Below are positions 1 to 9,284 of a stretch of 64,000 bases of DNA, piece after piece (the stretch's first letter is position 1; each line of letters opens with the position of its first letter). Source of the DNA: Bacillota bacterium. GTDB taxonomy: Bacteria > Bacillota > UBA994. Under the pieces are notes generated by a model. That model was given only the letters and a program-made list of their open reading frames with translations, did no database searches and had not been told where the DNA came from. Location of the stretch: the NCBI GenBank assembly GCA_018333655.1, contig JAGXTJ010000055.1:103659-167658 (forward strand), written 5' to 3'. Both the position numbers and the translations under genes were made by a program.

Positions 1-26
1 TACCCCTTAGTACCAAACAACTCCAT
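1..26 (-). CDS. Possible 5' end of a minus-strand gene running out of the window (MELFGTKG...); only 8 codons are visible
   Basis: The reverse complement of 1..26 reads ATGGAGTTGTTTGGTACTAAGGGG, preceded by GAGGCGG at RBS distance. It is too short to classify. A plus-strand C-terminus ending near nt 54 is an alternative reading. Confidence 0.15.
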
Positions 27-154
27 GGCCGCCTCAAGCAATTTTTGGCGGGTTAAATCTCCCTTGGTGAGCGTTTGTGACACATGACTCACCTCTCATA
101 TTTGATAATATTATTCTATTACTAATTGCGCGAAAAGTCAACTAGAGAGTCTAT

Positions 155-187
155 TAAAAAAGCCCCCCTACAAGGGGAGCTTTTGTG
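155..187 (-). terminator. Rho-independent terminator downstream of etfA (hairpin AGCCCCCCT/GGGGAGCT plus a U-run on the minus strand; the A-run on the other side makes it potentially bidirectional)
   Basis: The sequence aaaaaagcccccctacaaggggagcttttgtg has a GC stem flanked by A6 and T4. Confidence 0.55.
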
Positions 188-199
188 AATTAACGCTGA

Positions 200-1405
200 C
201 TATGGCTGTTTTTTGGCATTTTGCTCGTCTATGGCGGCGATAAGTAGCGGCACCACCTGATGCACGTCCCCCACTATGCCATAGTCGGCAACTTTGAAGA
301 TGGGCGCGGCTGGGTTCTTGTTGATGGCCACGATCACCTGGGAGCCTTGCATACCCGCAACATGCTGGATAGCACCCGAAATGCCGCAGGCAATGTAGAG
401 CTTGGGGTGGACAGTTTTTCCGGTTTGGCCAACTTGATGCGCTGACGGGAGCAACCCGGCATCGACTGCCCCACGCGAGGCACCAACCACGCCGCCGAGT
501 TTGGCCGCGAGCTTTTCGAGCAGAGCACGACCTTCCGCGCTCCCCATGCCGCGTCCACCAGAGACGACTATTTTGGCATCCTCGAGATTGACCACTTTGC
601 CCGCTTCTTTGACAATCTCCCTGACGATGGTACGCACGGTGACTTCCTGGCTGTGGTAGCTCTCGCGCACTAACTGACCGCTCTTTTGGTAGTCAGGCGT
701 GATCTTCTTCATGACGCCAGGGCGCACGGTTGCCATTTGTGGGCGGTGGGCTGGGCAAAGAATGGTAGCCATCAAATTTCCGCCAAAGGCAGGGCGCGTC
801 TGTAGTAAAATGCGCTCTTCTAAGTCAACACTTAGCTCTGTGCAATCCGCGGTAAGCCCGGTAACAAGGCGTCCGGCCACACGCGGGGCGAGGTCGCGAC
901 CAATATTGGTGGCACCCATGAGAATAATCTCTGGCAGATGCTTCTTCACCAAGCTGACGAAGGCGGCTGTGTAAGTCTCGGTGCGATAAAGCTCAAGCTC
1001 TTTATCTTCTACGAGGTAGACTTTGTCCGCGCCATAAGCGAAAAGGTCTGGCGCCAAGTTAGAAACGTCGGCCCCAATGAGTACTGCTGAAAGTTCTACA
1101 CCGAGAGCGCCGGCCAGTTTTTTGCCTTCGCCGAGCAATTCGTAGGCGATGTTTAGCATTTGTCCTTGGCGTTGCTCGGCAAAAACCCACACTCCCTGGT
1201 AGGACTGGGGAGTGCATTCCTCACAAGCCTGCTCTTCCTCGCGATAGATGGCCGTGACGGGGCAAATCTCTAGACATGCTCCACAGAGAGTGCACTGATC
1301 GTTAATGACCGCAATCCCCTTGACCATGTCAATGGCAGCAAAGGGACAGGCAGGCACACATAGGGTACACCCGACGCATTTATTCTTGTCAATAATAACA
1401 GCCAT
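200..1405 (-). CDS. etfA: Electron transfer flavoprotein alpha subunit with an N-terminal 2x[4Fe-4S] ferredoxin domain (FixB/CarE-like)
   Basis: The ORF carries CxxCxxCxxxCP twice at its N-terminus, then an EtfA FAD-binding fold (…[10 protein letters not shown]…[11 protein letters not shown]…). I trimmed the start to the Met of [10 protein letters not shown] (nt 1405), which sits 8 nt after the etfB stop behind an AGGAGGA RBS. Confidence 0.85.
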   Translation of the reverse strand: MAVIIDKNKCVGCTLCVPACPFAAIDMVKGIAVINDQCTLCGACLEICPVTAIYREEEQACEECTPQSYQGVWVFAEQRQGQMLNIAYELLGEGKKLAGALGVELSAVLIGADVSNLAPDLFAYGADKVYLVEDKELELYRTETYTAAFVSLVKKHLPEIILMGATNIGRDLAPRVAGRLVTGLTADCTELSVDLEERILLQTRPAFGGNLMATILCPAHRPQMATVRPGVMKKITPDYQKSGQLVRESYHSQEVTVRTIVREIVKEAGKVVNLEDAKIVVSGGRGMGSAEGRALLEKLAAKLGGVVGASRGAVDAGLLPSAHQVGQTGKTVHPKLYIACGISGAIQHVAGMQGSQVIVAINKNPAAPIFKVADYGIVGDVHQVVPLLIAAIDEQNAKKQP

Positions 1406-1415
1406 TGTCTTCCTC

Positions 1416-2204
1416 CTACAGCAACTGCTTGGCAGCAAGTTCTTGCACGAGCTGCTGCACAGCATCTTTGTGAGTACCAGTTAGAATTTTGCCGGTCCCT
1501 TTCACAGGAGGGGTGAAGGTGCGTTTGACTTGCGTAGGTGAGCCTTTTAGACCTATTTTGGCGGGGTCAGCACCTACGGCTTCTGCCGTCCACACCTGTA
1601 CCTTCTTCTCGTCAAAGGCAGTGACGATACCAGAGGCTGAAGGAAAACGTGGCACATTGAGCTCCTTAAGGGTGGTTAGGAGTGCGGGCAGCTGGCATTC
1701 GACAACTTCATACCCATCTTCTAGCGCTCGCTCAACCACCACACACTTGTCGTCAAGCGATACTATGCGCCGCACATAGGTGACATGGGGAATATCAAGA
1801 TGCTCGGCGAGCTCTGGTCCCACTTGCGCCGTATCACCATCGATAGCTTGACGCCCGCAAAAAATGAGAGAATACTCCCCTATCTTTTCTACGGCTTTGG
1901 CCAAGGCATAAGAAGTAGCCCAGGTGTCGGCGCCCGCAAAGGCGCGGTCACTAAGGAGGATGGCCTCTGTTGCCCCCATGGCCAAGGTTTCACGCAGGGC
2001 GTAATCGGCTTGTGCCGGCCCCATCGAAAGAGCCGTGACCTGACCGCCAACCCTAGAGGCAATGGATACTGCCTCTTCTAATGCATTCTTGTCTTCGGGG
2101 TTAATGATGGTCGGCAGCCCCTCACGAATGAGTGTGCCGGTTTTTGGGTCGAATTTTACCTCGGTAGTGTTTGGCACTTGCTTAATGCAGACAACAATTT
2201 TCAT
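1416..2204 (-). CDS. etfB: Electron transfer flavoprotein beta subunit
   Basis: MKIVVCIKQVPNTTEVKFDPKTGTLIREGLPTIINPEDKNALEEA is the canonical EtfB N-terminus. The gene lies directly upstream of etfA. Confidence 0.9.
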   Translation of the reverse strand: MKIVVCIKQVPNTTEVKFDPKTGTLIREGLPTIINPEDKNALEEAVSIASRVGGQVTALSMGPAQADYALRETLAMGATEAILLSDRAFAGADTWATSYALAKAVEKIGEYSLIFCGRQAIDGDTAQVGPELAEHLDIPHVTYVRRIVSLDDKCVVVERALEDGYEVVECQLPALLTTLKELNVPRFPSASGIVTAFDEKKVQVWTAEAVGADPAKIGLKGSPTQVKRTFTPPVKGTGKILTGTHKDAVQQLVQELAAKQLL

Positions 2205-2218
2205 ACCTTGTCCTCCGC

Positions 2219-3358
2219 CTACTTCAGGAGACTTGCTGAAATAACCATGCGTTGCACTTCAGAAGTCCCTTCGTATATTTCAGTGATTTTGGCATCGCGC
2301 ATTAAGCGCTCCACTTTGTAATCCTTCATGTAGCCATAGCCACCATGTATTTGGATGGCCTTGACTGTATGCTTCATAGCAGTCTCGGAGGCGTATAGTT
2401 TGGCCATCGCCGCTTCCTTGCTAAAGGGCTTGCGCATATCCTTCAGCCAGGCTGCGCGGTAAACCAGCAGGCGCGCTGCTTCTATCTCTGTTCCCATATC
2501 GGCAATCATCCACTGTATCGCCTGGAAAGTGCCAATGGGTTTAGCGAACTGCTGACGCTCCTTAGCATAGCGCAGACTCTCATCTAGGGCAGCCTGAGCT
2601 ATACCTAAGGCCTGTGCCGCGATGCCAATTCTTCCGCCATCTAGGGTCTGCATAGCTATCTTGAAACCATCGCCCTCCTTGCCGAGCAAGTTGGTAGCGG
2701 GGATGCGACAATCCTCAAAGATGAGCTCGGTCGTGCTAGAAGCGCGAATACCGAGCTTGTTCTCCTGCGGGCCAAAGGTAAATCCGGGGGTGCCCTTTTC
2801 CACCACGAAGGCACTAATGCCCTTCAGGCCCTTGCTCCTGTCGGTCATGGCGAATACGATGTAGATGTCGGCTACTTCGCCATTGGTAATAAAGATTTTT
2901 GAACCATTTAAGATGTACTCCCCACCATCCAAAAGGGCAGTGGTCTGTTGCCCGGCCGCATCTGTGCCGGCATTCGGTTCTGTCAGAGCAAAGGCGCCTA
3001 ACTTCTCGCCCTTAGCTTGCGGCACGAGAAAGCGCGTCTTTTGCTCGGGCGTGCCGAATTGGTAGATAGGGTGCGCACCAAGCGAAACGTGGGCCGACAG
3101 TATCACTCCCGTTGCGGCACAAGCCCGCGAAACCTCTTCCACGGCCATCGTGTAGGCCAAGTTGTCTGCGCCAGCACCACCGACTTCACGCGGGAAAGGG
3201 AGCCCCAAGAAACCAAGGGCAGCCATTTTCTTTACCGTTAGCCAGGGAAACTCGCCGCTCTCATCTATTTCTGCAGCAAGTGGGGCCACTTCTTGCATGG
3301 CAAAATCCTGAAAGAGCGTCCTGAACATTTCATGCTTCTTGCTTAGGGCAAAATCCAT
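2219..3358 (-). CDS. Acyl-CoA dehydrogenase (butyryl-CoA dehydrogenase-like)
   Basis: The ACAD fold extends to C-terminal …[36 protein letters not shown] trimmed the start to [10 protein letters not shown] (nt 3358), which has a GGAGTGA RBS. It is operonic with etfBA. Confidence 0.85.
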   Translation of the reverse strand: MDFALSKKHEMFRTLFQDFAMQEVAPLAAEIDESGEFPWLTVKKMAALGFLGLPFPREVGGAGADNLAYTMAVEEVSRACAATGVILSAHVSLGAHPIYQFGTPEQKTRFLVPQAKGEKLGAFALTEPNAGTDAAGQQTTALLDGGEYILNGSKIFITNGEVADIYIVFAMTDRSKGLKGISAFVVEKGTPGFTFGPQENKLGIRASSTTELIFEDCRIPATNLLGKEGDGFKIAMQTLDGGRIGIAAQALGIAQAALDESLRYAKERQQFAKPIGTFQAIQWMIADMGTEIEAARLLVYRAAWLKDMRKPFSKEAAMAKLYASETAMKHTVKAIQIHGGYGYMKDYKVERLMRDAKITEIYEGTSEVQRMVISASLLK

Positions 3359-3455
3359 GTCTTCATCACTCCATGTAGCTATTCTCGCAGTATTTGTGCG
3401 ACATTTCACTTACGATGTTAATATTTTCACTATTGTTTCTGAAAAAAGGAATGTA

Positions 3456-3863
3456 CTAGCCGCGCTTAGGATACATCACGAGGGCCTCGCCCTCAACCAC
3501 CATTCCAGCTTGCTCAGTGCGTCCGGTTGTCTTTAAGCGAGCGCGACGCTTCTCTGTATCTATTTCTAGTACTTCCACTTCGACTACTACGGTCTCGCCA
3601 ATACGAACGGGCGCTAAGAATTTGAGCGACTGACTGAGGTAGATTGTCCCTTCCCCTGGGAGTTGTGTTCCTAGTACGGCGGATATAAAGCCAGCAGTCA
3701 TCATGCCATGCGCAATTCGCCCCTTAAAACGAGTGTTCTTGGCATATTCTTCGTCCATATGAATGGGACTAAAGTCACCACTGAGCTCTGCAAAGAACGC
3801 GATATCTTGCTCTGTGATGAGCCTCTCCTTACGTGCGACTGAACCGACCGAAAACTCTACCAC
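3456..3863 (-). CDS. MaoC-like (R)-specific enoyl-CoA hydratase / hot-dog fold dehydratase
   Basis: It is a 135-aa hot-dog protein with …FAELSGDFSPIHMDEEYAKNTRFKGRIAHGMMT… and is the first gene of the maoC-acd-etfBA operon. Confidence 0.75.
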   Translation of the reverse strand: MVEFSVGSVARKERLITEQDIAFFAELSGDFSPIHMDEEYAKNTRFKGRIAHGMMTAGFISAVLGTQLPGEGTIYLSQSLKFLAPVRIGETVVVEVEVLEIDTEKRRARLKTTGRTEQAGMVVEGEALVMYPKRG

Positions 3864-4235
3864 TGCAAACCCTCCCCCATGTTTCTTGTGACGCCTGCTA
3901 ACACAGCCCTAGTATACCACACTGCCTTGACTACCTGCCCCTCCTTCCGAAATGCCTACTAAAAAGTCTACACTCTAAATCTAGAGGTTAGTGCAAAAAA
4001 TAACAAGCAGGAATTTCTCCTCTAGCATTGCACCTGCCCCATGAACCAATTGTCAGACTGTCCGCATCGGCAAACAAAGCTGTCACTAGACGGCCTGTTG
4101 CTGTAGGTCAAGACAGACAAGTAGCCGTGCGGAACGCGCTATTGTGTCTATTTTCACAAGTCGCCTCTAGGCTTGTTACTGTTTTCGCATCATTCACCCA
4201 ATTCTAAAACGGCTTGGTGCGCTTAACAGTATGCT

Positions 4236-4249
4236 ACAATATTGTAGCT
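4236..4249 (+). promoter_or_regulatory. Extended -10 promoter (TGcTACAAT) of EamA paralog 1, embedded in the palindrome GCTACAATATTGTAGC
   Basis: A TGnTACAAT element sits about 30 nt upstream of the RBS, and the same element is conserved upstream of paralog 2. The palindrome could be an operator. Confidence 0.4.
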
Positions 4250-4277
4250 ATCGTGGCAAGGACGGAGTTGACATACA

Positions 4278-5192
4278 TTGCCCACATCAGAGAAATCTAC
4301 CGCCACTCCACGCTCCCAAGCACTGTTGCTGCTGGCTGTTACGGCTGTCATGTGGAGCCTCGGGGGACTACTCATCAAGTCCATTGACCTTAATCCTCTC
4401 GCTGTCACCGGTGTGCGTAGCGCTATTGCCGCCCTGGTGATCCTGGCCTTCGTGCCCAGACCCAAGTTCACATGGTCTAAGAGGCAGGTAGGCGCGGCAG
4501 TTGCCTACGCAGCCACGGCCATATTCTTTGTCGCAGCTAATCGCTTTACTACTGCTACTAATGCCATTATGTTGATGTTTACCGCGCCTATATATGTCGC
4601 CTTGCTCTCGCAACGTTTTCTAAAAGAGAAAACTACCTCCACCGACTTGGTGGTGATTTGCACCACGCTCGGCGGCATGACCTTGTTCTTTCTTGACTAC
4701 CTCGGGCCCTCTGGCGTTTTCGGCAATGTACTGGCCATGCTCGGTGGCATCGCTTTCGCCGGCTTTACCATCCTCATGCGCTTACAGAAAGATGGCTCCC
4801 CTCTCGAGTCCGTACTGCTGGGTAATGTCATCACGGCACTTATTGGCATTCCTTTCCTCGTGGGTAGGATGCCTAGCGCACCAGACTGGCCTCCCCTCTT
4901 GCTTCTCGGGGTAGTGCAGCTTGGTCTGCCCTATGTTCTCTACTCGCGCGCCATCAAGCATGTCAGCGCCCTAGACGCCATACTGGTTCCCGTACTGGAG
5001 CCTCTGCTGAGCCCAATGTGGGTATTCTTAATGCTAGGGGAAACGCCTGGCAGCTGGGCTGCCGTAGGTGCCATGGTTATCCTCGTTTCCGCAACTTTCC
5101 GCTACCTAGGACCCCTTCTTAAAGGGCGCACAATTTTTGAGCGCACCTCCTCCCCTCTAAGCAGTGTGAGTAGCGCCAAACTGCGACGCTAA
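4278..5192 (+). CDS. EamA/DMT-family transporter (10 TM, two EamA repeats)
   Basis: The TM1 motif is LLLLAVTAVMWSLGGLLIKS, and there are duplicated EamA halves. It has a TTG start with an AGGACGGAG RBS. Confidence 0.8.
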   Translation: MPTSEKSTATPRSQALLLLAVTAVMWSLGGLLIKSIDLNPLAVTGVRSAIAALVILAFVPRPKFTWSKRQVGAAVAYAATAIFFVAANRFTTATNAIMLMFTAPIYVALLSQRFLKEKTTSTDLVVICTTLGGMTLFFLDYLGPSGVFGNVLAMLGGIAFAGFTILMRLQKDGSPLESVLLGNVITALIGIPFLVGRMPSAPDWPPLLLLGVVQLGLPYVLYSRAIKHVSALDAILVPVLEPLLSPMWVFLMLGETPGSWAAVGAMVILVSATFRYLGPLLKGRTIFERTSSPLSSVSSAKLRR

Positions 5193-5246
5193 AGAGACAC
5201 AAGCTTAGGCTGCGCCGCGAGCTTACAATTCAGCTTTCCTGACTGA

Positions 5247-5258
5247 GCGCATGTTACA
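5247..5258 (+). promoter_or_regulatory. Extended -10 promoter (TGtTACAAT) of EamA paralog 2
   Basis: Its position and sequence are conserved relative to the paralog 1 promoter. Confidence 0.35.
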
Positions 5259-5292
5259 ATGTGGTATTAGACGCAGGGGAGATGGTATCCTA

Positions 5293-6144
5293 GTGAAAAC
5301 AGTAGTAAGTAGACCCCGTGAAAAACGCACCCTCGCTCTCATCATGTTAGCCGCTACGGCTATTATGTGGAGCCTGGGTGGTTTGCTTATTAAATCGGTC
5401 GATATGCACCCCCTTGCGATTTCCGGCACGAGGAGTGCCATCGCCGCAGTAGTGATATGGCTGTATTTACGAAGACCCAAGTTCACATGGTCTAAAACTC
5501 AACTGGCTACAGCCCTAGCCTATGCCGCGACAGTCATGCTCTTTGTCGCCGCGAACCGCCTAACTACAGCTACTAATGCCATCATGCTGCAATTTACCGC
5601 GCCTATTTATGTAGCCTTCCTCGCGCATCACTTTCTCAAGGAAAGAACGACGTGCTTTGACTGGCTAGTTATTCTCGCGACCTTAGGTGGCATGGCTCTG
5701 TTCTTTCTTGAGTATCTCGGTCCCTCCGGCTTGCTCGGCAATGTGTTCGCGGTGCAGAGCGGCATCAGCTTTGCCGTCTTTACCGTACTCATGCGCCTGC
5801 AAAAGGACGGCTCACCCTTAGAGTCCGTGCTACTAGGCAATATACTCAGCGCGCTGATCGGCCTGCCGTTCCTTGTGGGCGCGCCACCCATTGCCGCCGA
5901 CTACCTTCCCCTAATCATTCTAGGTGTGGTGCAACTCGGCATTCCCTACATCCTCTATTCACACGCCATTAAACATGTCGGCGCCCTTGACGCCATCTTG
6001 GTTCCCGTGCTTGAGCCGCTCCTTAATCCCCTCTGGGTCTTTCTCATGCTTGGCGAAACCCCGGGAACCTGGTCGCTCCTAGGCGCGCTAGTAGTGATTA
6101 CTTCGGTAACTATGCGCTACTTGGTCAGCCATATCAAACGCTAG
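5293..6144 (+). CDS. EamA/DMT-family transporter, tandem paralog of 4278..5192
   Basis: It is about 60% identical to the upstream paralog. The ORF-track start at 5251 would read through the promoter, so I trimmed to GTG 5293, where RBS spacing and N-terminal length match paralog 1. Confidence 0.75.
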   Translation: MKTVVSRPREKRTLALIMLAATAIMWSLGGLLIKSVDMHPLAISGTRSAIAAVVIWLYLRRPKFTWSKTQLATALAYAATVMLFVAANRLTTATNAIMLQFTAPIYVAFLAHHFLKERTTCFDWLVILATLGGMALFFLEYLGPSGLLGNVFAVQSGISFAVFTVLMRLQKDGSPLESVLLGNILSALIGLPFLVGAPPIAADYLPLIILGVVQLGIPYILYSHAIKHVGALDAILVPVLEPLLNPLWVFLMLGETPGTWSLLGALVVITSVTMRYLVSHIKR

Positions 6145-6218
6145 CCTTTCCCACCGGAACTATGCTTTGGCGGAAGCGGCCGCCGCAGCAGGTTTAACGC
6201 GAAAGATGTCGAATATGC

Positions 6219-6938
6219 TTGTTATCAGCAACTAGGGAGGACAGATTCTTGATAGAATTTAGAGACGTCACTAAAATTTATAGCAGCAGCAAGACGCCAG
6301 CACTACAAAATGTTTCGTTCCAGATAGAGCGCGGCGAATTTGTTTTTTTGGTGGGGCCAAGCGGCGCGGGCAAGAGCACCATGCTGCGTCTCCTCTTCCG
6401 CGAATATGCTCCTACCTCGGGACAGGTAGGTTTTCTCGGCCGCGATACCGCCAAGTTCACGCCTAGGGAGCTGCTCCGCTATCGTCGCCGCATCGGCATG
6501 GTTTTTCAAGACTTCCGCCTGCTAAAACAGAAGACGGTGTATGAGAATGTGGCTTTCGCCTTGGAGGTAGTCGGACGCGGAGCCCAAGAGATTCGCCAAG
6601 CGGTGCCCGCGGCGCTAGCTGAGGTCGGTTTAGCCGACAAGGGCGGCAAGTTCCCCGGCGAGCTTTCCGGCGGGGAGCAGCAGCGCGTAGGCATTGCCCG
6701 CGCCCTGGTAAGAAAGCCGACACTTATTATCGCTGATGAACCGACCGGCAATGTCGACCCCGATAATGCCTGGCAGCTCATGGAGCTATTTTCGCAAATC
6801 AGCCGTACCGGCACCACGGTGCTGATTGCTACGCATGCCTCAGAGATTGTCGACCGCATGCGCAAGCGAGTTATCGCCCTCGAAAATGGGTGCTTGGTGA
6901 GGGACGCGAAGCGGGGGGCATACACCTATGAATCTTAA
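6219..6938 (+). CDS. ftsE: Cell-division ABC ATPase FtsE
   Basis: It has Walker A GPSGAGKST, the LSGGEQQR signature and Walker B IIADEP, and is followed by ftsX with an 11-nt overlap. Confidence 0.9.
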   Translation: MLSATREDRFLIEFRDVTKIYSSSKTPALQNVSFQIERGEFVFLVGPSGAGKSTMLRLLFREYAPTSGQVGFLGRDTAKFTPRELLRYRRRIGMVFQDFRLLKQKTVYENVAFALEVVGRGAQEIRQAVPAALAEVGLADKGGKFPGELSGGEQQRVGIARALVRKPTLIIADEPTGNVDPDNAWQLMELFSQISRTGTTVLIATHASEIVDRMRKRVIALENGCLVRDAKRGAYTYES

Positions 6939-7812
6939 TGCTTTAACCTACTGCCTGCGCCAGGGCCTTGTTTCTCTGCGCCGCAACATCTGGCTCGCCC
7001 TGGTTACGTCAAGCATGATTGCCGTTTCTTTAGCCATACTAGGCGGCTTTCTCTTGCTCTCGCTCAATGTGGGACAAATCATGCGCAATGTCGACGCCAA
7101 TGTGGAGATCGCTGTTTTCTTAACGGATAAGGCCGACCGGGCCAAAGTAGAGTCTGCACTGACAAATCTAGAGGGCGTAAAGAGCCTCTCCTTTGTCTCG
7201 CGGGAGCAAGGCCTCGCGGAATTTGGCCAATCCTTTGGGGACCAAGGTCTTTTTGCTGTGCTTGAGGGCGAGCACAATCCATTACCGAATATGTTTCGCG
7301 TAAGGGCAGAGCAGGCCGTCTTAGTACCTAACCTGGCTGCCTCCATGCAGGGAATCCCGGGGGTAGATGTAGTCGACTACGGCGAAGACATGGTGGCCCA
7401 ACTGCTCAGCGTCACTAGTTGGCTGAACTCAATGTTCTTGGTCGTTAGCTTGTTCTTAGGGCTAGGGGCAGTTCTCCTCATCGTGACTATCATCAAACTA
7501 TCGGTCATGGCGCGCCAAGAAGAAATAGGCGTCATGAAGTTTCTCGGTGCGAGCGATAGCTTTATCCGCCTACCTTTTATTCTCGAAGGGGCGTCTATGG
7601 GTGCGGTAGGCGCGCTCACGGCTACCTTAGGCCTTGCCTTCGCCTACAATCGCTTAGCCGCCAGTCTGCAAAATGGCGCACTGACTTTTCTCCTGCAGCC
7701 CATAACGGCGCGCGAGGAACTGTGGCCCATCTTCTTTGCTCTGCTCGTTATCGGTTTTTTAATTGGTGGAGTGGGGAGTATATTGTCTGTGCGTAAGTTC
7801 TTGCGGGCATGA
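6928..7812 (+). CDS. ftsX: Cell-division permease-like protein FtsX
   Basis: The four-TM FtsX topology has a large extracellular loop (…ENVEIAVFLTDKADRAKVESALTNLEGVKSL…). Confidence 0.85.
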   Translation: MNLNALTYCLRQGLVSLRRNIWLALVTSSMIAVSLAILGGFLLLSLNVGQIMRNVDANVEIAVFLTDKADRAKVESALTNLEGVKSLSFVSREQGLAEFGQSFGDQGLFAVLEGEHNPLPNMFRVRAEQAVLVPNLAASMQGIPGVDVVDYGEDMVAQLLSVTSWLNSMFLVVSLFLGLGAVLLIVTIIKLSVMARQEEIGVMKFLGASDSFIRLPFILEGASMGAVGALTATLGLAFAYNRLAASLQNGALTFLLQPITAREELWPIFFALLVIGFLIGGVGSILSVRKFLRA

Positions 7813-7830
7813 CAGGGAGAGTGAATTAGC

Positions 7831-9261
7831 ATGCGACGATTGCTTACGGCTTTGACCCTAGTAGCGCTTGTCTTTCTAACTCTGACCGCAGAATACGCCC
7901 CTCGCGCCTTGGGAAGCCCCAGCTCTCCGCGCCAGAGAGTAGAACAGACGGAAAAAGAAGTTCGCGAGCTCGAAAAGGTTCTTAAGGCACTTGAGACTTC
8001 TATCAACGCGCGCACGGAGCGTATGACCGCTATCGAAAAAGACTTGAAAGAAACAGAAGCACGGTTAAGAGATGTGACCCGCACCCTAGCAGTCTCGCAA
8101 AGGCGTATGCAGACTATTACGCAGTCTTTCGCTCTGCGGGTGCGTAGCGCCTACATGACCGGGGGTGCGTCCTACCTCGAAGCCTTACTTAATGCCGACA
8201 GTTTTGGCGACCTCATTGTGCGCCTTGCCTACCTGCGCCGCATACTGACTCGTGACACTGAGCTTATTCGCTCGGTGCAAGAAGAGCAGCGGCAAGTTCG
8301 CGCCATGGCGGAAACGCTTAGTGCGGAGCAAAGTCGCTTGCGCGGGCTCATCGACCAGCGCGATGCCGAGTACCGCAACTTGCTTGACCAGCGCCGCGAA
8401 CAGACGCGGGTGCTTGCGGCGGCCAGAACACGTCTCGCCGCAGATCTGGCACTTATTACGCCTCGTGCAGAACGCCGCCCCGTGTATGCGGTTGTCATTG
8501 ATAACATCGCGCAAGCAAGACCACAGCACGGCTTGGCCCAAGCAACTACTATTTACGAGTACGAAGTCGAGGGGAGAATAACCCGCTACTTGGCTCTCTT
8601 CGCCACTTTTCCCACACGCGTGGGCCCTATTCGCAGCGCACGGTCTCATAGTGCCATGCTCGCCCTAGAAAATGGTGCGCATTTCATCTACTCTAGTGGC
8701 GGTGTCGATGTACTAGACTTGCTACGCGGCTTAAATGTACGCGGTACAGACGCTTTACGCACTAACAACCCCGCCTTTTCTCGCGATAATACACGCCGCG
8801 CTCCACACAACTTATTTGTTAACCTAGCGACGCTAGGGCTTGTCGAACAGTCTAGCGAGGTAAGTATAAGGCCAGCCTATCTCTCCGCGCAGGGCACGGC
8901 TACTACCGAAGTGACTATTGAATACACCCCCACCCATCGCATAACGTATGTGTACGTGCCTGCCTCAGGCGCCTTTCGGCGATATATCAATGGTGCAGTT
9001 CATCGCGACGCCGCTGGCACTGTAATTATGGCGCGAAACATTATCGTCCAGCGTGTTCCGCATAGCACCGATCTCCTGGGCAGACCCACCCCCAACCTAG
9101 TAGGCGAGGGCACCATGGACTTTTACGCCCTGGGGCAGCATTTTACAGGCACCTGGAAAAAAGAAAACGCCGCTTCCCCAACCCGCTTCTACTTCGCAGA
9201 CGGTCGAGAAATCGAGCGTATTTATGGCCAGACTTGGGTGCAAATTGTGCGCACGAGGTAG
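7831..9261 (+). CDS. Secreted coiled-coil protein (PcsB/EnvC-like N-terminal domain) with a DUF3048-like C-terminal domain
   Basis: There is a signal peptide, about 200 aa of heptad-rich coiled coil, then …AVVIDNIAQARPQHGLAQATTIYEYEVEGRITRY…, which matches my recollection of the DUF3048 N-terminal motif. No M23, CHAP or NlpC/P60 catalytic motifs are visible. Confidence 0.6.
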   Translation: MRRLLTALTLVALVFLTLTAEYAPRALGSPSSPRQRVEQTEKEVRELEKVLKALETSINARTERMTAIEKDLKETEARLRDVTRTLAVSQRRMQTITQSFALRVRSAYMTGGASYLEALLNADSFGDLIVRLAYLRRILTRDTELIRSVQEEQRQVRAMAETLSAEQSRLRGLIDQRDAEYRNLLDQRREQTRVLAAARTRLAADLALITPRAERRPVYAVVIDNIAQARPQHGLAQATTIYEYEVEGRITRYLALFATFPTRVGPIRSARSHSAMLALENGAHFIYSSGGVDVLDLLRGLNVRGTDALRTNNPAFSRDNTRRAPHNLFVNLATLGLVEQSSEVSIRPAYLSAQGTATTEVTIEYTPTHRITYVYVPASGAFRRYINGAVHRDAAGTVIMARNIIVQRVPHSTDLLGRPTPNLVGEGTMDFYALGQHFTGTWKKENAASPTRFYFADGREIERIYGQTWVQIVRTR

Positions 9262-9284
9262 CTTTGTTTAGAGCCTGGTGCAAG

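Noticed and set aside
5250-5252. An apparent 1-nt discrepancy between my manual position counting and ORF-track coordinates for some plus-strand genes
   Set aside because: This is most likely my counting error across lines. I anchored all CDS coordinates to the ORF track, and positions of short motifs may be off by about 1 nt.
4223-5486. Two similar antisense ORFs (82 and 87 aa, MNLGL…) overlapping the EamA gene starts
   Set aside because: Their similarity simply mirrors the paralogous sense strands. They have no RBS and lie opposite TM-coding sequence.
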